IMG/VR virus record: IMGVR_UViG_3300028883_000009
Coordinates: 1-59,807 of that record
From: a virus
Taxonomy: Duplodnaviria > Caudoviricetes
Strand: one strand, 5' to 3'
Length of the DNA stretch: 59,807 nucleotides
Positions 19,673 through 28,136 of the stretch are shown here, piece by piece. Every line of letters begins with the position of its first letter. Position 1 is the first letter of the stretch. The notes beneath the pieces are model-generated. The model was not told the origin of the DNA. It was given only the letters and a program-made list of their open reading frames with translations, and did not search any database. The position numbers and the translations under genes were made by a program.

Positions 19673-19888
19673 ATGCCAGACAAAGATATGACGGGAGTGC
19701 TGTTCAACAACAACCGCAAGGAAAAGGAAAATCAACCCGACTTCACCGGCAACGTTATCGTAAACGATGTTGAATACCGTCTTGCCGGGTGGAAAAGAAA
19801 GTCAAAGAAGGGAATGGATTATCTCAGTCTTGCCGTATCGGAGCCGAGGGAAGAAAGACAGGAACCGGACGAAGAAGTACCATTTTAG
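19673..19888 (+). CDS. Small SSB-like protein (DUF736-like)
   Basis: QPDFTG...LAGWKR...YLSLAV and acidic EEVPF tail. Confidence 0.75.
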   Translation: MPDKDMTGVLFNNNRKEKENQPDFTGNVIVNDVEYRLAGWKRKSKKGMDYLSLAVSEPREERQEPDEEVPF

Positions 19889-19992
19889 GCAACAAGGGGG
19901 ATAAACAACCATCTTACCCCTCGGGGCAACCTCTCCAGGGGGAAGGGAGCAACCATGAGAGAAGTCACCGGCAACATATACGAGGAGGAGAG

Positions 19993-20403
19993 ATGATAAA
20001 AGTGTTCATAGCAGGTCCGTACAGCGGGGATAATATAATAACCATACTCGATAATATCAGACGGGGGCAACGGTTGGCGAAAACATTGATGTACCGGGGG
20101 TATGCACCATACTGCCCTTTTCTTGACTATCAGCTTGCCCTTCAACTTGATGAGGATGAAACCATGCCGGTTGATTATTATCAGAAGGTGAGTATTGCAT
20201 TTCTCAAAGACTGTGATGCAATGATACTGCTTCCCGGGTGGCAAAATTCGGGTGGCACATTAAACGAAATTAACATTTCTCTTGAGCGTGGCATAGAAAT
20301 ATACAGCAGTTTAGATGCGTTTGAATTGCTATATCCCAAAACAGAATATGACCTACACCAAGAGATAGTCAAAACAGTGTATGCAAAACAACAAGGAGGG
20401 TGA
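19993..20403 (+). CDS. DUF4406/DUF1937 nucleoside deoxyribosyltransferase-fold protein
   Basis: KVFIAGPYS...CDAMILLPGWQNSGGT..E. Confidence 0.8.
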   Translation: MIKVFIAGPYSGDNIITILDNIRRGQRLAKTLMYRGYAPYCPFLDYQLALQLDEDETMPVDYYQKVSIAFLKDCDAMILLPGWQNSGGTLNEINISLERGIEIYSSLDAFELLYPKTEYDLHQEIVKTVYAKQQGG

Positions 20404-20404
20404 T

Positions 20405-20596
20405 GTGGAAGGCTTAAAAACAGAGCAAGAGATAGACATGATTCGTGGCAAAATGCTTGTTAATGCTGCCACACAAAAAGAGTTGCACGACTTTCTTTGG
20501 TACGTGAACGAGATTGAGGCATTGGTTGATGAGGCCGACCTAGAGGACTTTTTCGGTACCGAGGGTTGGCGACATAGACTTGGATGGGCATCATAA
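20405..20596 (+). CDS. Hypothetical protein (DFFGTEGWRH family)
   Basis: AAGGAGG RBS with GTG start. Confidence 0.6.
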   Translation: MEGLKTEQEIDMIRGKMLVNAATQKELHDFLWYVNEIEALVDEADLEDFFGTEGWRHRLGWAS

Positions 20597-20619
20597 CCAC
20601 AACGAAGGAGGGTGATGTA

Positions 20620-20802
20620 ATGAGTGATGAAAGATACGAAGATTACAGATATAGTCGGGAAGCACACGAACATGATCTAAAAATTATCTGGAAATGTGAC
20701 AAGTGCGGTGTTGAAAGGAGAGATTACCCAGGTTGGAACGAGGGGGGACAATGCCGGTGCGGTGGCACATTTTATGAGTCTGGAGAAAGTTATACGAGTT
20801 AA
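20620..20802 (+). CDS. Small zinc-ribbon protein
   Basis: CDKC...CRCG. Confidence 0.6.
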   Translation: MSDERYEDYRYSREAHEHDLKIIWKCDKCGVERRDYPGWNEGGQCRCGGTFYESGESYTS

Positions 20803-20820
20803 CCCCAACGACAGGCTAAA

Positions 20821-21051
20821 ATGATGTTTTTAACAACAAAAGAGCTACACAAAATGACCGGCCGTAAACGAAAGCAGCCCTGCATCCGGTGGTTGACACA
20901 AAACGGGTTCCGGTTTACCGTATCTGCTGACGGGTGGCCCAACGTGCTCAGAAGTGAGGCGATTGAACGGCACAGCCGGGGGAAAGAGACATTGGGGAAG
21001 GCACCCAGGGTGAACTTAGAACCGTTTATGGAGGGCAGTCATGGGGCGTAG
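20821..21051 (+). CDS. DUF4224 family excisionase-like protein
   Basis: FLTTKELHKMTGRKR...WL...G..F...DGWPNVLR. Confidence 0.8.
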   Translation: MMFLTTKELHKMTGRKRKQPCIRWLTQNGFRFTVSADGWPNVLRSEAIERHSRGKETLGKAPRVNLEPFMEGSHGA

Positions 21052-21100
21052 AAGAAAAACAAACAAGCACCTGCCGGACCGGGTGCCAGGGACAAAATGA
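21041..21100 (+). pseudogene. Truncated N-terminus of a former integrase (MGRRRKTNKHLPDRV...)
   Basis: GGAGG RBS, overlaps the DUF4224 stop, resembles N-termini of DUF4224-linked integrases; stops after 19 codons. Confidence 0.55.
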
Positions 21101-21128
21101 AAAACTTGCAAAATTCCAGCAAAGAATA

Positions 21129-21452
21129 ATGGATATTTTAACGCCAAACGAAGTCGCAAAAATGTTGAAATGCTCTGAATCCTGGGTGTATACTCATGCC
21201 GACACCTTGCGGGGCACTAAAATCGCAGGGCTTTTAAGATTCCGGCAGGAGTATATAGACAAAGTATTGATGGAAGGTGAGCAAAATGTCACAGTACAAA
21301 GACAAAAAGACGGGGTTGTGGCGTTACGACTTTCAGTACAGGGGCGAGAGATGGACCGGCAGCGGCTACAAAACCAAAAAAGCAGCCGCAACCGCAGAAA
21401 GGGAAAGAAAGCGACTGTTACAGAGATCGCCGACAGACATAACCTTTGGTGA
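21129..21452 (+). CDS. HTH_17/MerR-like excisionase
   Basis: ILTPNEVAKMLKCSESWVY...LLRFRQ; overlaps the integrase 5' end. Confidence 0.8.
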   Translation: MDILTPNEVAKMLKCSESWVYTHADTLRGTKIAGLLRFRQEYIDKVLMEGEQNVTVQRQKDGVVALRLSVQGREMDRQRLQNQKSSRNRRKGKKATVTEIADRHNLW

Positions 21453-22311
21453 GTTGTGCCTGGAATATCTCGACAGCGCAAAGGCCAGAAACGGTGGGGA
21501 TTGGTATAAAATCAAACGGTGGAAGATGGGCAAGTTTTTAAAGAAGTGGAAGGATAGGGCGTTGGAAACCATAACACAGCAGGACATTGAAAAGCACATG
21601 ATTGCACGGAGCAATAGTGTTTCTGCCGGTGCCGCCAACGACGATTATCAGGACATTATACGCCCCATATTCAACTTTGCCAAAAACCACAAGTATATCA
21701 AGGAAAGTCCGTGTGTCGGAGTCAAGTTGATGCCAATGAAAGACAGAAAAAAGAAATACATTCCCCCGAAAGAGGACGTGGCGAAAGTGTTTCTTATGAT
21801 GCCGGGACACCTCAGGGATGCAATGGTCCTGATGGAACATCTTCTTGCCCGGTCCAAAGAGATATGGCGGTTAAGGATTGAAGACGTGGACCTTGACAAA
21901 AAGACGGTCACGCTCTACACACACAAAGACCGTAACGGCAATCTGCGAACTCAGGTAAAACCGCTAAACAACACGGCCCGTGAAATCCTGTTTCGGCACA
22001 TAAAGAACGCAGGGAAGGGGCAGGTCTATGTAATTGAGAATCCCCGCACAAAAAGCCATTACCGGGACCGGCACATCCTCCTATGGTACATCCGCAAATA
22101 CAATAAATGGGCAAAGGAACACGGAGAACCTGAAATAAAAGAGTTCGGGACCCACGCTTTCAGGCATTACTCGGCAAGCAAGTTGAAAGCGTTAAACGTA
22201 CCGACAATACAAATCCAGCATGGCCTTGGTCATAAGAACCCAAGCACGACAGAGCGTTATCTGCAACTTCTTGACTATGACATATCTGGTATCGTGGAGA
22301 TGTTAGAATAA
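21286..22311 (+). CDS. int: Tyrosine recombinase / phage integrase
   Basis: Catalytic R (ARSKEI), K, HAFRH, LGH...TERY. Confidence 0.93.
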   Translation: MSQYKDKKTGLWRYDFQYRGERWTGSGYKTKKAAATAERERKRLLQRSPTDITFGELCLEYLDSAKARNGGDWYKIKRWKMGKFLKKWKDRALETITQQDIEKHMIARSNSVSAGAANDDYQDIIRPIFNFAKNHKYIKESPCVGVKLMPMKDRKKKYIPPKEDVAKVFLMMPGHLRDAMVLMEHLLARSKEIWRLRIEDVDLDKKTVTLYTHKDRNGNLRTQVKPLNNTAREILFRHIKNAGKGQVYVIENPRTKSHYRDRHILLWYIRKYNKWAKEHGEPEIKEFGTHAFRHYSASKLKALNVPTIQIQHGLGHKNPSTTERYLQLLDYDISGIVEMLE

Positions 22312-22499
22312 AATGAGTGTAACGGTTATTTCCTACTTATATGAGCTATTCACACGATATTTTTGTTGTGAGACTTATTGTGAGACTTTGCAAAAAATAT
22401 ATGCAATAAATGAGGGATATGCGACTATAAAGAAATCTGAAAAGCAAGGAAATACGGTAACATATCGAAAAGGCATGAGTTTTGCAATACCGACCCACA

Positions 22500-22557
22500 A
22501 GGTTCAGGACCTAGTGCTGGCAACAGTGTGCGAGTTCGAATCTCGCCTTCGGCACCA
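22500..22557 (+). other. attP core: 3' portion of tRNA-Leu(CAG), anticodon loop to CCA
   Basis: AGG-TTCAGGA-CCT anticodon arm, long variable arm, GCGAG-TTCGAAT-CTCGC T-arm, ...CTTCGGCACCA; no 5' half; downstream of int. Confidence 0.88.
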
Positions 22558-22573
22558 TTTGATTTTCCTTACG

Positions 22574-22611
22574 AAAACCCGTTTTCAGCATGTTCTGGAA
22601 GCGGGTTTTTT
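22574..22611 (+). terminator. Terminator after the tRNA fragment
   Basis: AAAACCCGTTTTCAG...CTGGAAGCGGGTTTTTT. Confidence 0.75.
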
Positions 22612-22700
22612 GCGTTTGTGTTGTGAGACTTTTTGTGAGACTTTTTTCGCAAGCAACAGACTATTAAGCGTTCATGGCGTGAACACATGGGGTTGTATGA

Positions 22701-23240
22701 ATGGGTAAGAGAAGAATACACAACAGAGATTTGCCAGAAAAAATGTATTACAAACACGGTGGATATTTTTTTGTTGAAGGTAAGGGTAATAAATGGATTC
22801 CACTTGGAAGGCACAAAACAATCGCACTATATTCATATGCAGAAATTGTAGGGAAACCATATAAAGAAATTGTTGGCAATATAAAAGTTGCCCCGATTGA
22901 TCACGACAACAATTGGGACGGTGTTTTATATTCTAGGGCAAAAACAACGTCAATTAAAAGGGGTATAGGTTTTACCTTAACCAGAAAAGAATTTGATGAT
23001 CTTGTTGCTGAGGCAGATGGCAGGTGTATGTTGACCGGGATAAAATTCCAATGGGAATTTGCCGAAGATCAAAGGAAAAGACCATATATCCCAAGTCTAG
23101 ACAGGATAGACTCTGCCCTTGGTTATCATTACGATAATTGTAGAATTGTATGTGCTTGTGTTAATTATGCCCTTCATGAGTGGGGTGTTGGCGTTTTAAT
23201 AAACATTGCAAAACATTTAAGAAGAAAGAGGTTGGCGTAA
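22701..23240 (+). CDS. Fusion of an integrase-arm-like N-terminus and an HNH-type nuclease domain
   Basis: MGKRR...LPEKMY.KHG.Y...KWIPLG N-terminus; CMLTG...PSLDRIDSALGYHYDNCRIVC..VN C-terminus. Confidence 0.7.
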   Translation: MGKRRIHNRDLPEKMYYKHGGYFFVEGKGNKWIPLGRHKTIALYSYAEIVGKPYKEIVGNIKVAPIDHDNNWDGVLYSRAKTTSIKRGIGFTLTRKEFDDLVAEADGRCMLTGIKFQWEFAEDQRKRPYIPSLDRIDSALGYHYDNCRIVCACVNYALHEWGVGVLINIAKHLRRKRLA

Positions 23241-23313
23241 TAAAATGGCGATAATTGCAAAGAACGGCAACAAAAGGCACATTAACAGGCACTTGTATTA
23301 GACAGGTAAAAAG

Positions 23314-23550
23314 ATGATCATATCAGCAAAAGTAATACAGAACCCACGAACAAACCGCCATTGTGAGGGGTATAGGCATGAGGGTTTTCTAATGGGGGGT
23401 GGTGAACCACGCATAAGGGTTTATGGTTCTGCCTATTACGGTGATCCCCCCTATGTCATATATCTTTGCATGAGATGTGCAAGGGAATCAAAAGAACAAA
23501 AAATTAAAGATGCACTATCGGCATATGACAACAAGAGTAGTAAACCATAA
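23314..23550 (+). CDS. Small Cys-containing accessory protein
   Basis: ORF ending in the TAACCGCCC junction motif. Confidence 0.6.
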   Translation: MIISAKVIQNPRTNRHCEGYRHEGFLMGGGEPRIRVYGSAYYGDPPYVIYLCMRCARESKEQKIKDALSAYDNKSSKP

Positions 23551-23577
23551 CCGCCCACGGGCAGGGAGGGATATAAA

Positions 23578-23805
23578 ATGGGGGATATGGCTGATTATTC
23601 ACTTTCAACTATGGACTTTGCTGCCGGACATTCCACACGCATCAGAAGATATAAATGCAACCGTTGTGGGATGGGTGGGCTTGTGTGGTTAAAGACAAAG
23701 GAAGGTTGGAGGCTCTTTGAAGTAATAGTTGTTGATGATGGTGTTACTTTTAAGAAGGAAACTTACAAACAACACGTTTGTGAACAGAGAAACGATGGAA
23801 AATAA
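23578..23805 (+). CDS. Accessory protein (MGDMAD N-terminus, CNRC)
   Basis: GGGAGG RBS inside the junction motif. Confidence 0.65.
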   Translation: MGDMADYSLSTMDFAAGHSTRIRRYKCNRCGMGGLVWLKTKEGWRLFEVIVVDDGVTFKKETYKQHVCEQRNDGK

Positions 23806-24005
23806 ATTTGTTGTCACAGAAAAAGACATTGCTAACCTGTCAGCTATGGTTGATATGTACCGCAAAATAGCCGACACAAAAAGAAAACAGGGCTGGTTGG
23901 GAAAAATGCGTGAAGCAGAACTCATGGCTAAGGTCTGGCAAGAAGCCATTGATTATATAGTTGCATGCAAAAGGTGATTATATGACCACGGGCAGGGAGG
24001 GAAGT

Positions 24006-24239
24006 ATGAAAACATGCGACATATGCGGAGTAAAGATCGAAAAGGCAAGCGACCTAAATCCTCTTTCCGACATGTACCGGACAGACGATGTGCAAGAGGT
24101 TTGCAACGGCTGCTTGAACGAACTGAATGAACATATCCGAAGCGTTAATGATGTTTTGGACAAGATACAGTTTAAAAAGAAGCTGACTTTCTGGCAGAAA
24201 TTTATCGCAAGAATGAAGCACGAGAAGGTAAGGACATAA
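24006..24239 (+). CDS. Zinc-finger accessory protein
   Basis: CDIC...CNGC; RBS inside the junction motif. Confidence 0.65.
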   Translation: MKTCDICGVKIEKASDLNPLSDMYRTDDVQEVCNGCLNELNEHIRSVNDVLDKIQFKKKLTFWQKFIARMKHEKVRT

Positions 24240-24261
24240 CCGCCCGTCAGGGCAGGGGGGG

Positions 24262-24534
24262 ATGATGAAACTAATACTAGCAAAAAACAAGCGTGATGAT
24301 GAAACGATAGACATTTGTAAAGATCGGGGAAAGGGAAGGGTAACTGTATGGGGAAGTGTTCACATTGACACTTTTCATGATGGTGGTAGAAAAGAAATAT
24401 ATAACATGCTCCTTGAGCAAGATGAAGTTGTTGTTGAATTGCAAATAGTATATCCAAACAATGGACCAAAATGCGCCATGTGCGGATGCAACATAGACTC
24501 TGAAAGCGTACTCTGCTCAGAGTGCAAACCATAA
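24262..24534 (+). CDS. Accessory protein with C-terminal CxxC-CxxC
   Basis: Flanked by junction motifs on both sides. Confidence 0.65.
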   Translation: MMKLILAKNKRDDETIDICKDRGKGRVTVWGSVHIDTFHDGGRKEIYNMLLEQDEVVVELQIVYPNNGPKCAMCGCNIDSESVLCSECKP

Positions 24535-24600
24535 CCGCCCACGGGAGGTATGATGAACATAGATAACCACACGCTTATTAACGGATAACGAGAATACAAT

Positions 24601-24867
24601 ATGCAAAAAATACTTTATATCTCAGCCTGCCGTGAGTGTCCGTATTACAAAGCAGAATGGTGCTGTCATCCCGGCGGCGATCAGGATGTTGAAAACGAAA
24701 ACGTGATACCGAAATGGTGTCCGTTGGATGCGCCCGTAGAACGGTTATCAGACATACACGACATCTGCATCGGCTACGACGGGTACAATACTGTAGAGGG
24801 GTTGAAGTCCTTGATAGATGAAATTAGAGAGATGACTAAACCACGCACGGGCGATAGAGACGGCTAA
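24601..24867 (+). CDS. Cys-rich accessory protein
   Basis: CRECPY...IPKWCPL. Confidence 0.6.
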   Translation: MQKILYISACRECPYYKAEWCCHPGGDQDVENENVIPKWCPLDAPVERLSDIHDICIGYDGYNTVEGLKSLIDEIREMTKPRTGDRDG

Positions 24868-25011
24868 CCACCGACCCCACCGTGTGGGGGAATACAACAC
24901 CCAGAAAAGGGGGTCAAGCAGCTCCCCAAGGGATGACGACGCTAGACCTTAAACCTGGGCACGGGTGTGTGGTTTTATTTAATGTTCACAAATCGTGAAC
25001 GGGAGAGAAGG

Positions 25012-25200
25012 ATGAACGAGCTTAAAAAATGTCCGTTTTGCGGAAGCACTGCAAGAGTGACGAAAGACCCTGCCGTATGGGACGATGATGTATGGAGTGT
25101 GTATTGCGGTGGGAAGAAGTGCTCTGCAAGGCTTCTCTGTTTTAAGTCAGAACAAGACGCTATAGATGCGTGGAACAGGAGGGCAAGTGACAATACTTAA
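25012..25200 (+). CDS. Lar-family (restriction alleviation) zinc-ribbon protein
   Basis: ELKKCPFCG...AIDAWNRRA signature. Confidence 0.8.
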   Translation: MNELKKCPFCGSTARVTKDPAVWDDDVWSVYCGGKKCSARLLCFKSEQDAIDAWNRRASDNT

Positions 25201-25341
25201 AATAGGTAATCTGTTAAGCAGGTTTCTGTTCAGAATTTACATCTATAATCCTCTGCCAAAACTATTTTATTACCGCAGGGTAGGCAGATTAAGATTTTTT
25301 ACACTATTTCATTGTGTAAAAATTGCGTGGAGGATAAAATC

Positions 25342-25821
25342 ATGACCCCAATCCTAACCACCGACCAAGTCCTCGCCTACCACTCCGGCAAAGAGGCTGT
25401 GGCGTATGTGCCGATAGAGGGAGTGCCGAAGGGGTATTTTTTAGCGGGTGAGGAAATAATACCAAACAAAAAGCATAACGCTGTTTTTATACACCAAGAC
25501 AAAGACGGTGATATTACCATCCCCTGCCCCTTCACCCCTGGCAAGCCTGTGAAGTGTCGGGAGGAGTGGAGGGTAGTGCGCTATTCCTTTTCCTACCTTT
25601 TACCCTGTCCATATGTGGTATTGATAGAATACAAAGAGGGACAAAGAAGGAGATTCTCACTCAAGATGAATGAGGTAAATTATCTCTGGTTTGACTCTTG
25701 TAATTGGCAACCCCCTCACACCATGCCAGAAGCGTTTTGCAGGGAGTATATGGTGAAGGAGGTGGGGGTGGAGGAAAGGGAAGGTAAACATTTTTGGAGG
25801 GTGGGGATTGAAACACTTTAA
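25342..25821 (+). CDS. Phage protein, possibly ASCH/PUA-like
   Basis: CPF.PG....REEW...WQPPHTMP motifs; GGAGG RBS. Confidence 0.55.
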   Translation: MTPILTTDQVLAYHSGKEAVAYVPIEGVPKGYFLAGEEIIPNKKHNAVFIHQDKDGDITIPCPFTPGKPVKCREEWRVVRYSFSYLLPCPYVVLIEYKEGQRRRFSLKMNEVNYLWFDSCNWQPPHTMPEAFCREYMVKEVGVEEREGKHFWRVGIETL

Positions 25822-26197
25822 AATTTATGAACCAACATATCATACCAACATCATTCTTGTGGTAGACTGTACTCATGAACAATTTCTACAATATTTGAAT
25901 AAAAAACAAAATTTCGACGTCTCGGCAGAACCAAATAACTCGTTGGGTGGACAAACAATAAAGGGTGTTACAGATAGCGGGAGCATAATGTTTGTAATAT
26001 GGATAAGATATATGCCGAATACCCCCTATTATTTAGGTAGTCTTATGCACGAGGTTATTCATGTAGGCATAAAGAACATGGAAGACCTTGGCATCCCAAT
26101 AAGTGATAATGTTTCTGAACCATTTACTTATTTTTGTGAGTGGTTATTTACTGAGTGTTGTGAAAAACTAAAATTAAAAGTGAGGATTAAGAAATGA
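25808..26197 (+). CDS. Zincin-like HExxH protein
   Basis: LMHEVIH with downstream SEPFTY. Confidence 0.65.
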   Translation: MKHFKIYEPTYHTNIILVVDCTHEQFLQYLNKKQNFDVSAEPNNSLGGQTIKGVTDSGSIMFVIWIRYMPNTPYYLGSLMHEVIHVGIKNMEDLGIPISDNVSEPFTYFCEWLFTECCEKLKLKVRIKK

Positions 26198-26406
26198 ACC
26201 GCAGGACATTCCTTAAACTTCAGCGTAAAATCTTTTGCTGTGACGGTAACGAACAAACCAAGTGGTTTCGTATATTCGGTTATGGTATAATGGTTACCAA
26301 AAGGGAACCGCTTTTCTCTGAACGGTACGGGTATGAAAAGTTTTACTCGTTAATGTTCGGGTGGCGAATAAAGTTTATTTACCCGCCACCTCCATTACCT
26401 TTCTAA
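26194..26406 (+). CDS. Hypothetical protein (WFRIFGYG...LFSERYG family)
   Basis: ORF overlapping the previous gene by 4 nt. Confidence 0.6.
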   Translation: MNRRTFLKLQRKIFCCDGNEQTKWFRIFGYGIMVTKREPLFSERYGYEKFYSLMFGWRIKFIYPPPPLPF

Positions 26407-26581
26407 CCCCACACAGGAGCAGTGACATGATAAAGGCAAACGGTACAGATGAGCCGGTAAAATTCAAGCAGAGTGTTTGGACAAGGTTAAAATATATGTT
26501 CAGCAAAAAACCTAAGAAAAGATTTGTGACAAAATATAGGGCAAGGATAAAACCCACTAACCCCACACGGGACAAATAGAG

Positions 26582-26803
26582 TCACCGCTTCACCCGCACC
26601 CGCCTAAACCCCAATTTTTCTACGGCATCCCTGTAATCATTTAGCCTGTTTTCCATATTCTGCCCCGCTTCCCGTGCCTGAACGGTCAGTTTCAGCATAC
26701 GGCGTAGTTTCTGTATGGACTTCCCCTTGACCATCGGCATGACATCGCCAATAAGTTCTTCTATCTCATCGTGAATAAAGCAGATTGGTCGCTTTTTCGG
26801 CAT
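26582..26803 (-). CDS. Hypothetical protein, last gene of the late strand
   Basis: GAGG RBS plus ATG (MPKKRPIC...). Confidence 0.55.
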   Translation of the reverse strand: MPKKRPICFIHDEIEELIGDVMPMVKGKSIQKLRRMLKLTVQAREAGQNMENRLNDYRDAVEKLGFRRVRVKR

Positions 26804-26896
26804 CCGTGACCTCTGAAAAACGTGCAATATGCCCCCCTGTTTTGCCCGATTTTTGCCCTGTGGTTGACGATCCTGGAGAAAGTGTATCTGAGTGCC

Positions 26897-27133
26897 CTAA
26901 ATATAATACACGCCATTTTTTTGGGATTTTAGGGGGGCATCACAGATTCTTTCAAATCCCACTTTTGCGTCTTTTAAGGAGTAGTATTTCAACCTGTAAA
27001 TCCACAGCGGGCAGTTGATTCCGTTGTCACACAAAACCGCTTCATTCCGTCTTTTCAGTTTTTTGTGGATTTCGGGGTTTTCTGTCTGTATGCGGTAGTA
27101 ATTGCCACCCTCTCGCCAAAATACTGTTTTCAT
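26897..27133 (-). CDS. Hypothetical protein
   Basis: ORF abutting the phosphoesterase stop. Confidence 0.6.
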   Translation of the reverse strand: MKTVFWREGGNYYRIQTENPEIHKKLKRRNEAVLCDNGINCPLWIYRLKYYSLKDAKVGFERICDAPLKSQKNGVYYI

Positions 27134-27135
27134 AT

Positions 27136-27885
27136 TTATAACCTTAAACTTACATCACCCCACAAGATTTCCCTGTCAACAATGGGGATTAATGTTGCGG
27201 TGAAATGGTTGGAGTTTTCTCTGAACGTGACTAGCGACAACCCCTGTTGCCAATCGGCGGTTCCCTCTATGTATTCGGGGTTCAGGTCACAGAGGCAACC
27301 CGATTCAAGCCAAGTGTAAAACCCGCCACGTTTCCGCACATAATGCTGTCCGAGTCTGTGACTGTGACCCGATGCCCCCGACATACCCTCTTTGTCGAAC
27401 TCCCCCTTTGCCGTGTAGGATGCGAATTTCCGCACCAGGTCGCCGTGTTTAAACAGGTAATGCTCATAGACGAAATGTGGCATAAACTCTATCTGGTGTT
27501 TTTCAAGTTCAAGAAGTGTGTCTATTTTCAGGGATCGCAGACACGCAAGGGCGGGTGCCTGCCGTGAAAGGTATTTCCGCAATCTGTCGAGGTGGTTGCT
27601 GTTTAACAGGATAATCCGTGATTTCGGGCATAGTTTCCGCAACTGTTTGAAGTATTGCGATACCCCGTCAATCTCGTCTTGCAAGTTGTCCTGTCTGGTC
27701 GGGTCTTTGTCGAATTTGCTGAGTTGGTAGAAGTCGTGTGCTTCGTGGATAATGATAATATCGGGTTTCGTGTAGGAGCAGAAGGCAAAGACAAGCTGTA
27801 GAGCTTCGGGGTCTTCAAACGGTACGTGCCAATCCGTCAGGCTGACAATTTTGAATCCTCTGACCTTGGTTCTTTTGACCTTAAT
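27136..27885 (-). CDS. Calcineurin-like metallophosphoesterase (249 aa; probable ATT start)
   Basis: In-frame extension of the tracked ORF supplies the DxH motif (SLTDWHVP); then HD, SNH, KHG, GHSH; AAGGAGG 7 nt before ATT. Confidence 0.85.
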   Translation of the reverse strand: MKVKRTKVRGFKIVSLTDWHVPFEDPEALQLVFAFCSYTKPDIIIIHEAHDFYQLSKFDKDPTRQDNLQDEIDGVSQYFKQLRKLCPKSRIILLNSNHLDRLRKYLSRQAPALACLRSLKIDTLLELEKHQIEFMPHFVYEHYLFKHGDLVRKFASYTAKGEFDKEGMSGASGHSHRLGQHYVRKRGGFYTWLESGCLCDLNPEYIEGTADWQQGLSLVTFRENSNHFTATLIPIVDREILWGDVSLRL

Positions 27886-28136
27886 GGTTCTTCCTCCTTC
27901 TCTTGATTACACACAGGGCAACCCAAATCCTTGCCGTCTGTGGTGTCGTAAAATCCGTGTTTACGTATTCGGCATCGGTTTTGGATGACTCTGTATTTCT
28001 CACATTTCGGGTTTGTGCAATGGCGTATATTGCCGTCTTTCTTTTTTACCGCCCCCTTCGGTGCTCTTGATGCGTGTTTCACAACACCGACTACATACAG
28101 CATGGTATCTTCGTGACAGTGCGGGCATTTAAGCAT
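27837..28136 (-). CDS. Zinc-finger protein
   Basis: CPHC, CTNPKC, CPVC. Confidence 0.6.
   Translation of the reverse strand: MLKCPHCHEDTMLYVVGVVKHASRAPKGAVKKKDGNIRHCTNPKCEKYRVIQNRCRIRKHGFYDTTDGKDLGCPVCNQEKEEEPLRSKEPRSEDSKLSA

Larger units (their letters stand above)
22366..22643 (+). repeat. Integrase arm-type sites: four TTGTGAGACTT copies in two tandem pairs flanking the core
   Basis: 22366, 22378 and 22621, 22633; each pair has a 12-bp period. Confidence 0.8.

Noticed and set aside
22470-22557. Complete phage tRNA-Leu gene
   Set aside because: No 5' acceptor strand (GCCGAAG) or D-arm upstream; treated as the attP core.
21286-26568. Canonical integron
   Set aside because: Junction motifs lack the downstream GTTRRRY box and long attC palindrome; the integrase has an xis partner and a tRNA attP. 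Kept only as a cassette-like finding.
27603-27818. Separate N-terminal half of a frameshifted phosphoesterase
   Set aside because: The missing motifs are in the same frame as 27136-27684; this ORF is an off-frame shadow.
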